Source: Candidatus Omnitrophota bacterium (lineage in GTDB: Bacteria > Omnitrophota > Omnitrophia > Omnitrophales > Aquincolibacteriaceae). From it: a stretch of DNA of 64,000 nt. The stretch lies in the NCBI GenBank assembly GCA_035368605.1, contig DAOSLF010000006.1, positions 17,301 to 81,300 of the forward strand. The letters are read 5' to 3'. Both the position numbers and the translations under genes were made by a program. This document shows, in pieces, positions 10,050 through 20,083 of the stretch (position 1 is the stretch's first letter; every line of letters begins with the position of its first letter). A model generated the notes under the pieces. It saw nothing but the letters and a program-made list of their open reading frames with translations, was not told the DNA's origin and did not search any database.

Positions 10050-12055
10050 CCGCCGGCCTGTTTCTTCAAAAGAAACACGTGGGCCGGACATGTGTGGGGA
10101 TCCAGGCGGACATAGTTACGGGAACCCTTCCAGTAATACTTCTCTCCCGTCAAAAGGTCCCGCATCTGATACGTCTGCCATTCCTCGATATCGAACTTCC
10201 ACACCGGCAGTGTCACGAAGTCTTCCTGGGGATGGAACGGATCGAGGTTTACGACCGTGATGATGATATTGGAAAGGTCCGGAGTCCTTTTCCCGTAGCA
10301 GAGGATCATGTCGTTCTTCGTGTCGTAGAACTCGAGATTGTCATAATCCTGGAGCGCGGGGTTCTCGCGACGAAGGCGGTTCACCTGCCCGACCAGCTCC
10401 TTGATGTTCCCCGGCCGGTCCCAGTCCCACACCTTGTACTGGTATTTTTCGGAATCGAGGTATTCCTCGGAACCCGGGGCCTTCGCGCGGTTCTCGCAAA
10501 GCTCGAAACCGCTGTAGATGCCGTAGGACGGAGAGAGCGTTGCCGCGAGGATCAACCGGATCATGAACGCCGGCCGGCCGCCTTTCTGCAGAAACTCGTG
10601 GAGGATGTCCGGCGTGTTGGTGAACAGATTGCCCCGGTAGTAGAGTCGCATCTCCGTCTGCGTCAGCTCCTCGAGGTACTGGCGGATCTCCCATTTGACG
10701 TTCCGCCACGTGAAATAGGTGTAGGACTGCGTGAACCCCGCCTTGGCCAGGTACTTCATGACCTTCGGCCGCGTGAAAGCCTCCGCGAAGAAGATCGCCT
10801 CGGGGTGGTCCTTCTGGACCTCGCCGATCAGCCAATGCCAGAAGCCGAGCGGCTTCGTGTGCGGGTTATCGATGCGGAAAATGCGGACGCCTTTCCCGAG
10901 CCAGAAGAGGATGATGCTCTTCATCTCGTCCCAGAGCTCGCGCCAGTGATCGCAGTGAAAATCAAGAGGGTAGATATCCTCATACTTTTTAGGGGGGTTC
11001 TCCGCGTAATGGATTGTCCCGTCCGGGCGGTGAAAGAACCACTCGGGATGTTCCTTCACGTAGGGATGATCGGGCGAGCACTGGAACGCGATATCCAGGG
11101 CGATCTCGATTCCCAGGTCGCCGGCTTTTTTCACAAAAAGCTCGAAATCCTTCATCGTCCCGAGATCCGGGTGAACGGACTTGTGCCCGCCTTCCTTGCT
11201 CCCGATGGCCCACGGCGAGCCGGGCGAATTTTTCTCCGGCGTGAGGGAATTATTGGGCCCCTTGCGTTTTGTGATGCCGATCGGATGGATGGGCGTGAGA
11301 TAGAGGACGTCGAACCCCATCTCCTTGATTTCGGGCAAGCGCCGGATGCAATCCCTGAAGGTCGCGCTCTCCCCTTCTTTTCGGCCCTGGGAACGCGGGA
11401 AGATCTCGTACCAGGACCCGAATTCGGCCTTCTTTCGGTCGGCCACGAGTTCATAGACCTCCGAATCGCTTTCAAGCCGCCGGAGAGGATATTTGAGAAA
11501 AAGCTCCCTGGTCGCGGACGGTTGCACGAGCTTCAGGACCTCCGCGCTCGCGCCTTCCGCGGCTTCAAGGGAGCGGATCAGTCCGGCGATCGTCCGGGCG
11601 TCCCCGCCTTTGACGAGCGCCGCGACTTCCTTCAGCAGCGCAAGACCTTCGAGGACCTCGCTCAGGACGGAGGCAGCGACGGGACATTTCTTTTCCACGT
11701 GGCGGAACCAGGACGCCACGGGATCCATCCACGCGACAATACGGTAAAGATAACGGGTATTCTCTTCCGCGCGGAACTCCCCGCGCCAACGGTCATTCTC
11801 GGCAAAGACCATCGGCGCTTCTTTCCACGCCTTTTCGGACTTTTTGCGGTACTGGACACAGGCCGCGATCACGTCATGCCCGTCCTTGAAGATGTCCGCC
11901 TCGACCTTCACAAGGTCGCCCGCGACGCATTTGACCGGATACCTGCCGCCGTCCACGGACGGCTGGACGTTCTCGATAATAATGTCCCGGATATCGCCGG
12001 CGGAATGGGCGATCGACCCGGCGCACGGCTTGGCGGTTTTTTTTCTGGGTTTCAT
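10046..12055 (-). CDS. glgE: Alpha-1,4-glucan:maltose-1-phosphate maltosyltransferase GlgE
   Basis: 669 aa with the GlgE N-terminal domains and a GH13 catalytic core (IFPRS..., YLTPIHP..., RIDNPH). Confidence 0.85.
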   Translation of the reverse strand: MKPRKKTAKPCAGSIAHSAGDIRDIIIENVQPSVDGGRYPVKCVAGDLVKVEADIFKDGHDVIAACVQYRKKSEKAWKEAPMVFAENDRWRGEFRAEENTRYLYRIVAWMDPVASWFRHVEKKCPVAASVLSEVLEGLALLKEVAALVKGGDARTIAGLIRSLEAAEGASAEVLKLVQPSATRELFLKYPLRRLESDSEVYELVADRKKAEFGSWYEIFPRSQGRKEGESATFRDCIRRLPEIKEMGFDVLYLTPIHPIGITKRKGPNNSLTPEKNSPGSPWAIGSKEGGHKSVHPDLGTMKDFELFVKKAGDLGIEIALDIAFQCSPDHPYVKEHPEWFFHRPDGTIHYAENPPKKYEDIYPLDFHCDHWRELWDEMKSIILFWLGKGVRIFRIDNPHTKPLGFWHWLIGEVQKDHPEAIFFAEAFTRPKVMKYLAKAGFTQSYTYFTWRNVKWEIRQYLEELTQTEMRLYYRGNLFTNTPDILHEFLQKGGRPAFMIRLILAATLSPSYGIYSGFELCENRAKAPGSEEYLDSEKYQYKVWDWDRPGNIKELVGQVNRLRRENPALQDYDNLEFYDTKNDMILCYGKRTPDLSNIIITVVNLDPFHPQEDFVTLPVWKFDIEEWQTYQMRDLLTGEKYYWKGSRNYVRLDPHTCPAHVFLLKKQAGG

Positions 12056-12088
12056 CTCGGCTCCTTCATGATAGTGGATTGCATGAGA

Positions 12089-14344
12089 TCAAAGATCAAG
12101 ACAGAAAATATTCATCCCGAGCGGCGGAAGCTGGCAGTTGATCGAGAACGGACGACCCTGCCACGGCGTGCCGGACGAATGGATTCCGCCCTGGTTCCCG
12201 AGCCCGCACCCCCCGTAATCGAACGCCTCGCTGTTGAAGATTTCCCGGTAATATCCCCAGCACGGCACGCCGACCCGGTAATTCTCCCGGATCACGGGCG
12301 TCATGTTGAAGGTGAAGACAAGGACTTGCCGCCGGTCGTACGACCATCTCAAAAAACTCACGACGGAGCTGTCGGCGTCCGAAAAATCGATCCATTCGAA
12401 ACCGCCGCCCGTGAGCTCCCCTTCGTGAAAGGCGCGGTAATCCCGGTAGAGGCGGTTCAGGTCCCTCACAAGGTTATTGATCCGGCGATGGCGGGAATGC
12501 CTCAGGAGATGCCAGTCAAGCGACTGATGCATGTTCCACTCGCCCCATTGGGCCAGGTCGTTCCCCATGAACAGGAGCTTCTTCCCCGGATGCGCGAACA
12601 TGTATCCGAAGAAAAGCCGGAGGTTCGCGAATTTCTGGCGTTCGTCTCCCGGCATCTTCCCGATCAGGGACCCTTTGCCGTGCACCACTTCGTCATGAGA
12701 GATCGGGAGCACGAAATTTTCCGAGAAGGCATACCACATCGAAAAGGTCATCATGCCCTGGTGGAATTTCCGGTAGACCGGGTCCTTCGAGAAATATTCG
12801 AGGGCATCGTGCATCCAGCCCATATTCCATTTGAGGCTGAAACCGAGTCCGCCCGAGTGGGTCGGCTTTGACACGGCCGGCCAGGCGGTGGATTCCTCGG
12901 CGATCGTGAGGATGCCGGGATAGCGGCCATGAACGACCTCGTTGAATTTCTTGAGGAACGCAACCGCCTCCAGGTTCTCGCGGCCGCCGTAGGCGTTGGG
13001 TTCCCATTCCCCCGGCTTCCTCGAGTAATCCAGATAAAGGATGCTCGCAACCGCGTCGACGCGGAGTCCGTCCACGTGGTATTTTTCGATCCAGAACAGT
13101 GCGTTCGATATCAGGAAGTTCTGGACTTCGACCTTGCCGTAATCGAAAACGAGCGTCCCCCAGTCCCGGTGCTCCGCCTTTTTCCAGTTTTCATAGGCGT
13201 AGATCTGCCGGCCGTCGAAGTCCACGAGACCGTGCCCGTCCTTCGGGAAATGGGCCGGCACCCAGTCGAGGATCACACCGATCCCGTGCTGGTGGCAAAG
13301 GTCCACGAGGAACATGAGCCCGTCGGGATCGCCGAAGCGGCTCGTTGGCGCGTAATAATTGACAACCTGATACCCCCATGATTCATCCAGGGGATGCTCC
13401 ATCACCGGCATCAGCTCGATGTGCGTGTAGCCCATGTGCTTGACATAGCCGACCAGTTTCAGGGCCAGGTCCCTGTAGTCCATGAACCCCCATCCGTTCT
13501 TTTCCTCGCGCATCCAGGAGCCCGGATGGACCTCATAGACGGAAATGGGCTGTTCGAGCGGGTTCTTTCCCGCGCGGCACGCGAGCCAATCCTGGTCGTT
13601 CCACTGGTAATGGTCAAGGCAGGCCACGATCGAGGCCGTCTTCGGACGCAGCTCCGTGCGGAACGCATACGGATCTGTCTTGTACCGGACCTGCCCGTCC
13701 ACCGCGGACCGGATCGCGAACTTGTAAATCTCGCCCTCGCCGATCCCGGGGATGAAAAGGCCCCAAACGCCGGAGTAGCGGATGCGGGCCATGGGATGAG
13801 CGCCCGGAATCCAGTGATTGAAGTTGCCGATGACGCTCACGCTTTTGGCGTTCGGCGCCCAGACCGCGAAGTGCACGCCATCGACGCCCCGGATCCGCAC
13901 GGGTTTCGCGCCGAACTTTTCGTACGTGTTGAAGTGGTTCCCCTCGCTGATCAGGTAAAGGTCAAAATCACTGATCTCCGGGTAAAACGCGTAAGGGTCC
14001 TCGGATTCCTGCGCGAACCCCGTCGCGTCGCGGAAACCGACCCGGTAATGCGGAATGGCAGACGCCGGCTTCCGGATCTCCGCCTCAAAAAGCCCCCCGG
14101 GATGGACCTTCTCCATCGCCTGCCGTCGATCTTCGCCCGGAAGACGGACCCAGGCTTCCGCGGCCCTCGGGAAAAAGGCGCGGACCGTCATGCGCCGGGC
14201 GTGAGATTCCGCATGGGGCCCGAGGATCTCGAACGGCTCGTCCTCTTCGAAGCGGGCGACACGCTCGAATCCATGAAACGGAAATTTCCCGGAAAGGAAC
14301 CGCCGGGCCAGCTTTTTATTTTTTTTGATGAATGATTTGAACAT
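12089..14344 (-). CDS. glgB: 1,4-alpha-glucan branching enzyme GlgB
   Basis: 751 aa with a CBM48 N-domain and a GH13 core (GYTHIELMPV, DWVPAHF, GLRVDAV). Confidence 0.9.
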   Translation of the reverse strand: MFKSFIKKNKKLARRFLSGKFPFHGFERVARFEEDEPFEILGPHAESHARRMTVRAFFPRAAEAWVRLPGEDRRQAMEKVHPGGLFEAEIRKPASAIPHYRVGFRDATGFAQESEDPYAFYPEISDFDLYLISEGNHFNTYEKFGAKPVRIRGVDGVHFAVWAPNAKSVSVIGNFNHWIPGAHPMARIRYSGVWGLFIPGIGEGEIYKFAIRSAVDGQVRYKTDPYAFRTELRPKTASIVACLDHYQWNDQDWLACRAGKNPLEQPISVYEVHPGSWMREEKNGWGFMDYRDLALKLVGYVKHMGYTHIELMPVMEHPLDESWGYQVVNYYAPTSRFGDPDGLMFLVDLCHQHGIGVILDWVPAHFPKDGHGLVDFDGRQIYAYENWKKAEHRDWGTLVFDYGKVEVQNFLISNALFWIEKYHVDGLRVDAVASILYLDYSRKPGEWEPNAYGGRENLEAVAFLKKFNEVVHGRYPGILTIAEESTAWPAVSKPTHSGGLGFSLKWNMGWMHDALEYFSKDPVYRKFHQGMMTFSMWYAFSENFVLPISHDEVVHGKGSLIGKMPGDERQKFANLRLFFGYMFAHPGKKLLFMGNDLAQWGEWNMHQSLDWHLLRHSRHRRINNLVRDLNRLYRDYRAFHEGELTGGGFEWIDFSDADSSVVSFLRWSYDRRQVLVFTFNMTPVIRENYRVGVPCWGYYREIFNSEAFDYGGCGLGNQGGIHSSGTPWQGRPFSINCQLPPLGMNIFCLDL

Positions 14345-14452
14345 GGGTCATGTTTCTTCCGAAACCAAACCGCTTACGAAAAGACGAACCGAAGGGATAA
14401 ACAGCTCTTCGCCCGCCGTAGTCCCGACTTCCATATCGCTGTTCTAAAAGAG

Positions 14453-14526
14453 TCGGGGTGAGAGGATTTGAACCTCCGACTTCTTGCTCCCAAAGCAAGC
14501 GCTCTAGCCACCTGAGCTACACCCCG
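14453..14526 (-). tRNA. tRNA-Pro (anticodon TGG)
   Basis: The minus strand reads CGGGGTGTAGCTCAGGTGGCTAGAGCGCTTGCTTTGGGAGCAAGAAGTCGGAGGTTCAAATCCTCTCACCCCGA, a 74-nt cloverleaf. Confidence 0.85.
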
Positions 14527-14719
14527 GTGAACCTTGTAATCTTTTCAACAGACAACGGAGACTGCCATGATTGCCTTAAATACTTCTCAATGGAAATCAT
14601 GGCACCCCGATATGTTCCGATTATAACGACTTGTGACGCTTTCAGCTACAGCGCCATTTCCACTTTGTGCCGTTGTTGCGCCCTTCGTAAACAGGACAGC
14701 GGCTGGTATTCGCAAACGA

Positions 14720-15808
14720 TTAAAAGATCGACCGTTCCTTGTAGACGCTCAGAACGAGGCCGAGCGCGATGCAGTTCATGACAAACGAGGAACCGCCGTA
14801 GCTGACAAGCGGGAGCGGCACCCCCGCGATCGGCATGAGGCCGATGGTCATCCCGACATTAATCAGCACATGGGCCACGAGCAGGGCGAGCACGCCGCCC
14901 GAAAGGAGCTTGGCCTTGATATCGGTCGTGTGCTGCATAATCAGGAAGATCGAATGGAAGAGGTAGGCGTAAAGGCAGAGGACCAGCATGCTCCCGATGA
15001 AACCGAGCTCCTCCCCGATCACGCAAAAAATAAAGTCCGTGTGGTGCTCGGGCACGAAATGAAGCTGCGTCTGTGTGCCTGCCAGGTATCCTTTCCCGAA
15101 AAGACCGCCGGAGCCGACAGCGATTTTGGACTGCACCGCGGTGTATCCGGATCCGAGCGGATCGAGATTGGGATTCAGGAAGACGAGGATGCGCTTCCGC
15201 TGGTACTCCTTGAGCATCTCCCAGGCGAGCGGCGCGGCGACAAGGACTCCCGCGAGCGCGATGATGAGATACCGCCAGCGGATCCCCCACAAGAAGAGGA
15301 TAGTCAGGACCATCGGCACAAAGAGAAGCGCGCTGCCGAGGTCGGGCTGTTTCGCGACCAGGATCCAGGGTACCGCCACGATCGCGAGCGCGCCGAGAAC
15401 GATCTTCAGCTGGCCCTGGACGGGATTGTGGCTCCCGAGGTAATTGACAAGCGCGAGCAGCGTGCCGAGCTTCGCGAATTCCGACGGCTGAATCACAAAA
15501 GGTCCGAGCGTCAGCCATCGCTGCGCGCCCAGGCGCGTCGAGCCGACGAAATAGACCAGGATCAGCAGAAGGATGCTAAAACCGTAGAAAAGGTACGCGA
15601 CACTGATGAACGGGCGGTAACCGAGATACGGCACCGCGATCATGACGGCCAGCCCGATGGCGATCCAGAAGATCTGTTTGACCTCATATTGCCCGGGATC
15701 ACGGAACGAGGCGCTGTAGATGAAAAAGAGCCCGAGCGCGGCCAAACCTATGACCGCGAGGATCAAAGGCAGATGAAGGTCTTTAAACAGCTTTTGGAGC
15801 ATCGACAC
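14720..15808 (-). CDS. rodA: Rod shape-determining SEDS glycosyltransferase RodA
   Basis: 362 aa polytopic FtsW/RodA family protein, downstream of mrdA. Confidence 0.85.
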   Translation of the reverse strand: MSMLQKLFKDLHLPLILAVIGLAALGLFFIYSASFRDPGQYEVKQIFWIAIGLAVMIAVPYLGYRPFISVAYLFYGFSILLLILVYFVGSTRLGAQRWLTLGPFVIQPSEFAKLGTLLALVNYLGSHNPVQGQLKIVLGALAIVAVPWILVAKQPDLGSALLFVPMVLTILFLWGIRWRYLIIALAGVLVAAPLAWEMLKEYQRKRILVFLNPNLDPLGSGYTAVQSKIAVGSGGLFGKGYLAGTQTQLHFVPEHHTDFIFCVIGEELGFIGSMLVLCLYAYLFHSIFLIMQHTTDIKAKLLSGGVLALLVAHVLINVGMTIGLMPIAGVPLPLVSYGGSSFVMNCIALGLVLSVYKERSIF

Positions 15809-17507
15809 CCTTCCAGACCTCGAGAATCTGTTTGACGATCCTCGCGCTCGTGATACCGCCGGAACCGCCGTGCTCGACGAAAACGACGAAGGCGATCTTC
15901 GGATTTTTGTAGGGAAAGAACCCCGTCATCCAGCTATGGGCCTTCTGGGGAGCCTGCGCCGTCCCGGTCTTGGCAGCCAGTTTGTCAAAATCAACGCGCG
16001 CGAGCTGCCCCGTCCCGTAGTCGGATTCCACGACCTGCAGCATCGCCCGTTTGATCACATTCAGGTTCTCTTCCCGGATCGCGACGCGCAACGGTTCCCC
16101 GACGGCCGCGTCGTTCTGCGTCAGATGCGGATCGACGAATTTCCCGTTCTTGGCGATGATCGCGGTCAGTCGCAGGATCTCGAGCGGCGTGACCAGGACA
16201 TAGCCCTGACCGATCGCCATGTTGAGCGTCTCCCCCTGATACCATGGCTGTTTGAACCGCGAGCGCTTCCAGGCGGCGTCCGGAATCAGTCCCGGCGTCA
16301 GGCGACTGATTTCAAGTCTCATCGGCTCACCAAGACCGAGCTCGTGCGCGTATTTCGCGATATCATCCGGAGAGAGTTTCGTGGAGAGGTTGTAGAAGTA
16401 AACATTGCACGAACGTTCGATGGCCTCATAGAGATTGATGCTGCGGTGCCCTCCCTCGAACCAGCACTTGGCCACGCGTCCGGATTTGCCGAGTTTGAAC
16501 TTCCCGTTGCAGTAGAAACGGGTCTGCGGCGTGATCTTCCCGAGCTCGAGCGCGGCAAGCGCCGTCACGAGCTTAAAGACCGATCCCGGGGGATAGGCCG
16601 CCCCGATCGAACGGTCCAGCATGGGGCTATTGATATCCTTGAGGACGGACAGACGGCGGCCGCTCGCGGAAGGGCTTACGAAAATATTCGGATCATACGC
16701 GGGCGAACTCGCCATCGCGAGAAGCCCTTCGGTCTCGAGGTCCATGACGGCAACGCTCGCATGCTGTCCCTTGATCAGATCCATGATCTTTTTCTGGAAA
16801 TCCAGATCGAGGGTCAGCCTCAGATCGGCACCCGGTTCGGGCGGCCGCCGGGAAAGCACCTGCACCACTTTTCCGCGGGCATCCACCTCGAGTTGCTCTC
16901 CCCCCCTCCAGCCGCGGAGGCTGTCATCAAAGAATTTCTCGATCCCCGCACGTCCGATCATCGAGTTAATGCCGAACCGGTCGCGATCGAGGCGATCATA
17001 TTCGGCCATGTTGATCGCGCCGATATAGCCGATCACATGGGACGCCGTCTCCCCGTAAGGATAATACCGGACACCGTCGACACGGATCGCGACGCCCGGA
17101 AGTTCGGGCTTGCGCTCCTCGATCAGGATCGCGAGTGATTTCGCCACGTCCTTTTTGATCACCGCGGGAGCGAACGGATATTCCCGGCCGGCGCTCATCT
17201 GGTGGCGAACCTCTTTTTCTTTCATGCCCAGGAGCTTTGCGAGGCGCGGGTAGACCTCGGGCGTCACATCCTCCGGAAAAGCGACCACGTCATAGGCCGC
17301 GCGATTCGTCGCGAGCAATCGTCCCGCGCGGTCGAAGACGCGCCCCCGGGACGCTTCCATCGGGATCAGACGAATATGGTTGCGAGTGCTCAGTCCCCGG
17401 TAATAACTGCCCTGAAGCACCTGGACATGAAAGAGACTGACGGCCAGGATCGCAAGCACCGCGAACACCGCTATCTGGAGGAAATGCAGGCGCGGGAATT
17501 TCATCAT
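15783..17507 (-). CDS. mrdA: Penicillin-binding protein 2 (elongasome transpeptidase)
   Basis: 574 aa with an N-terminal TM segment, a PBP dimerisation domain and a transpeptidase domain. It sits within the mre operon. Confidence 0.85.
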   Translation of the reverse strand: MMKFPRLHFLQIAVFAVLAILAVSLFHVQVLQGSYYRGLSTRNHIRLIPMEASRGRVFDRAGRLLATNRAAYDVVAFPEDVTPEVYPRLAKLLGMKEKEVRHQMSAGREYPFAPAVIKKDVAKSLAILIEERKPELPGVAIRVDGVRYYPYGETASHVIGYIGAINMAEYDRLDRDRFGINSMIGRAGIEKFFDDSLRGWRGGEQLEVDARGKVVQVLSRRPPEPGADLRLTLDLDFQKKIMDLIKGQHASVAVMDLETEGLLAMASSPAYDPNIFVSPSASGRRLSVLKDINSPMLDRSIGAAYPPGSVFKLVTALAALELGKITPQTRFYCNGKFKLGKSGRVAKCWFEGGHRSINLYEAIERSCNVYFYNLSTKLSPDDIAKYAHELGLGEPMRLEISRLTPGLIPDAAWKRSRFKQPWYQGETLNMAIGQGYVLVTPLEILRLTAIIAKNGKFVDPHLTQNDAAVGEPLRVAIREENLNVIKRAMLQVVESDYGTGQLARVDFDKLAAKTGTAQAPQKAHSWMTGFFPYKNPKIAFVVFVEHGGSGGITSARIVKQILEVWKGVDAPKAV

Positions 17508-18022
17508 CGGAAAAGCTCGTATTGTCTTGTCAGCGAACGGCGGCCGAGCCAGAAACCGGCCAGTATATCGAACACCGGGAGAAGAAGCGCGGTGTAGAGC
17601 GCCATGAGGAATATCACGCCCAGATGGACCGGAACAAACCCATGGATCCGGCCGACGAAGATCTCCAGGACAAGTTTGGAGGCCTCACAGAGAAGGACAA
17701 ACAGGAACGTGAGAAGGAAATAGATTCCCGGGAACTCGCGCTCGATCCGCTGGACGGTCTGGTCCAGCAGGAACGCGACCGCCACGAGGATCCCGGTCTG
17801 GAACCCGAGAGGCCCGCCGCTCATGAGGTCCTTGAGCAGCCCCGCCCAGAACGCCACGGGGATGGTCTTCCTGGCCTCCCACTCGAAAGAAACGTAGCAG
17901 ATCCAGATGTAAAGGAACGAGGGGCAGGCGTTCCCGATGCGGAAGGCCGGCATGACGCTGTGGTCCAGGATCGCGAGAAAAAGGAAAAAGAAAGCTATTT
18001 TGAAGGTTGGGAGACGAGACAC
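17504..18022 (-). CDS. mreD: Rod shape-determining protein MreD
   Basis: 172 aa polytopic membrane protein between mreC and mrdA. Confidence 0.7.
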   Translation of the reverse strand: MSRLPTFKIAFFFLFLAILDHSVMPAFRIGNACPSFLYIWICYVSFEWEARKTIPVAFWAGLLKDLMSGGPLGFQTGILVAVAFLLDQTVQRIEREFPGIYFLLTFLFVLLCEASKLVLEIFVGRIHGFVPVHLGVIFLMALYTALLLPVFDILAGFWLGRRSLTRQYELFR

Positions 18023-18795
18023 AGGACCTCCTCAAGCTTGGAAAACGGCGCAGACGGGCGGACGGTCGCGAGCAGATGCAGGCCATCGGGATCCTTTTCC
18101 ACGGATTCGATCTTGCCGATCCGGATGCCTTTCGGAAAGATACTTTCGATCCCGGAGGTGATTACCTCTTCCCCGATAGCGATCTCGGCATCAAGGGCGA
18201 GGTATTTCATCCGGAGCAGTCCCGTGCCTGTCCCCGTCACAACCCCCTGGACCCGCCCCGTGCCCGTTAGCGCGCTCACGCGGCAATCGGGATCCGGCAG
18301 AAGGATCGCGCGCGATGTCAGCGGGCCGGCCTCCAGGACGCGGCCGGCCAGCCCTTCGGGAGCGACGAGCGTCATGTCGGCCTTGATTCCCCGCTTGGCG
18401 CCTTTATCGAGCAGCACCACGCTCCTCCACGGCGTACTGCCTTCGCCGATGAGACGGACTCCGATGGTCTTGCAAGGGATCGTGAGCGAAAAATTGAGGA
18501 GTTTTTTCAGCCGCTGGTTCTCGCGATCAAGCTCATCATAGCCGAGCAATTTACTTTCAAGCTCGAGGATTCGGGTCTGATATTCACGTTCACGCGCGAC
18601 AGCATTCCAGAATTTCCCGAAATTAAAACGGAGGCCGGTGGCCATATCACGGATCCCGGAACCGGCGGCGAGGAACGGTTTGGAGATGGAATCGAAAAGG
18701 TTATGGACCCCGCGATTGAGACCGGGGAACTGGAAGGAAATAATGAGGATGACAATGGCAGCCACGAACCAACCCAACGAACGCCAGAAGCGCAT
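17995..18795 (-). CDS. mreC: Rod shape-determining protein MreC
   Basis: 266 aa with an N-terminal TM segment, a coiled coil and a C-terminal beta domain. Confidence 0.8.
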   Translation of the reverse strand: MRFWRSLGWFVAAIVILIISFQFPGLNRGVHNLFDSISKPFLAAGSGIRDMATGLRFNFGKFWNAVAREREYQTRILELESKLLGYDELDRENQRLKKLLNFSLTIPCKTIGVRLIGEGSTPWRSVVLLDKGAKRGIKADMTLVAPEGLAGRVLEAGPLTSRAILLPDPDCRVSALTGTGRVQGVVTGTGTGLLRMKYLALDAEIAIGEEVITSGIESIFPKGIRIGKIESVEKDPDGLHLLATVRPSAPFSKLEEVLCLVSQPSK

Positions 18796-18940
18796 TGAAA
18801 CAAATCTCCCGGGAATGAGAGGCCGAAACTAAAAAGTTATGAACGAAGGACGAAACAGAGGGAGACCGTTCGGCGAGACCCGAAAAAGCCTTGAGACCGA
18901 CCCGCGTGTCAGCCGCGCAGGGTGCGGAGTGGCCGACCGA

Positions 18941-19993
18941 TCAGTATTCCCGGCTCGCACTGCTGTTGACCGACAACCGCTTCAGGAGACTGAAGTCGCT
19001 CAGATAGCGCCCCGTACCAAGCGCTACCGCGGTCAGGGGATCATCCGCAATATGAACGGGAAGACCCGTTTCTTCACTGATCAGTTTATCAAGGCCCCGG
19101 AGAAGCGAGCCGCCCCCAGCCAGAATCAGGCCCCGGTCGATCAGATCCGCGGAAAGTTCCGGCGGCGTGCGTTCCAGGGCGATCCGGACAGCTTCAAGGA
19201 TCGAGGAAAGCGGTTCGGAAAGCGCCTCACGGACTTCTTCGCTCGTGATACTGATCGTTTTCGGAAGGCCCGCGAGAATATCGCGGCCTTTTACATCCAG
19301 CATCGTCTCTTCTTCAAGCGGATACGCGGACCCGATCCGGATCTTGATCTCTTCTGCGGTCCGTTCACCGATCATGAGATTATAGGCTTTTTTCAGATGA
19401 TTGATGATCGAGTCATCGAACTCGTCGCCGCCGATCCGGATACTTTTCGCGAACACGATCCCGGAAAGCGAGATCACGGCGATCTCGGTTGTGCCGCCGC
19501 CGATATCGATGATCATGTTGCCGGCCGGCTCATGGATCGGAAGACCGACGCCGATGGCGGCCGCGATGGGTTCTTCGACGAGGAAAACGGGCATCCGCGC
19601 GCCGGCGCGTTCGGCGGAATCCTTCACGGCACGCTTTTCGACTTCCGTGATACCGCTCGGAACGGCCACAATAACACGGGGACCGACGGGGCTGTGACGG
19701 CGGTGGACCTTGCGGATAAAATACCGGAGCATCGCTTCGGTGATGTCGAAATCGGCGATCACGCCGTCCTTCATCGGGCGAATGGCGGTGATATTGCCCG
19801 GCGTGCGGCCAAGCATGCGTTTGGCGTCTTCGCCGACGGCGAGAACCTGGTGGGTCGCCCGCTCGACCGCAACGACGGAAGGTTCGCAAAGGACCACGCC
19901 CTGCCCCTTGACATAAACGAGCGTATTGGCGGTGCCGAGATCAATGCCGATGTCTGAAGAAAAGAACCCTAAGAGTCTGTCCAGCAATAACAT
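18941..19993 (-). CDS. mreB: Rod shape-determining actin homologue MreB
   Basis: [35 protein letters not shown]... The start is an ATG with an AGGAAA RBS; the ORF track extends it to a TTG at 20026. Confidence 0.9.
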   Translation of the reverse strand: MLLLDRLLGFFSSDIGIDLGTANTLVYVKGQGVVLCEPSVVAVERATHQVLAVGEDAKRMLGRTPGNITAIRPMKDGVIADFDITEAMLRYFIRKVHRRHSPVGPRVIVAVPSGITEVEKRAVKDSAERAGARMPVFLVEEPIAAAIGVGLPIHEPAGNMIIDIGGGTTEIAVISLSGIVFAKSIRIGGDEFDDSIINHLKKAYNLMIGERTAEEIKIRIGSAYPLEEETMLDVKGRDILAGLPKTISITSEEVREALSEPLSSILEAVRIALERTPPELSADLIDRGLILAGGGSLLRGLDKLISEETGLPVHIADDPLTAVALGTGRYLSDFSLLKRLSVNSSASREY

Positions 19994-20083
19994 GTGAGCG
20001 CCTGTTTCCTTCGTTTGAGGGACCAAGTTTTACAGGGAGGTAGTATATGTCAAAGCCGTCAGCCGTGTCAAACCAAAACCCGT

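Noticed and set aside
9794-12871. Very long plus-strand ORFs (for example 9794..12871 at 1025 aa, 6076..7932, 13394..14335, 15870..17138, 23881..25065, 27160..28536, 29603..31024, 31193..32317, 32314..33597, 34747..36042, 36142..37731 and 42640..44568)
   Set aside because: All lie antisense to strongly conserved, well-recognised genes (glgE/glgB, lpdA, mrdA, glyA, purD, purF, purC, purB, xerD, ligA, histidine kinase). They have Arg/Pro/Gly-rich low-complexity translations typical of shadow ORFs in high-GC DNA.
14527-14720. A TATAAT box about 100 nt upstream of tRNA-Pro(TGG) as its promoter
   Set aside because: No acceptable -35 element sits at 16-18 nt spacing, and the leader would be unusually long. 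It is not reported as a feature.
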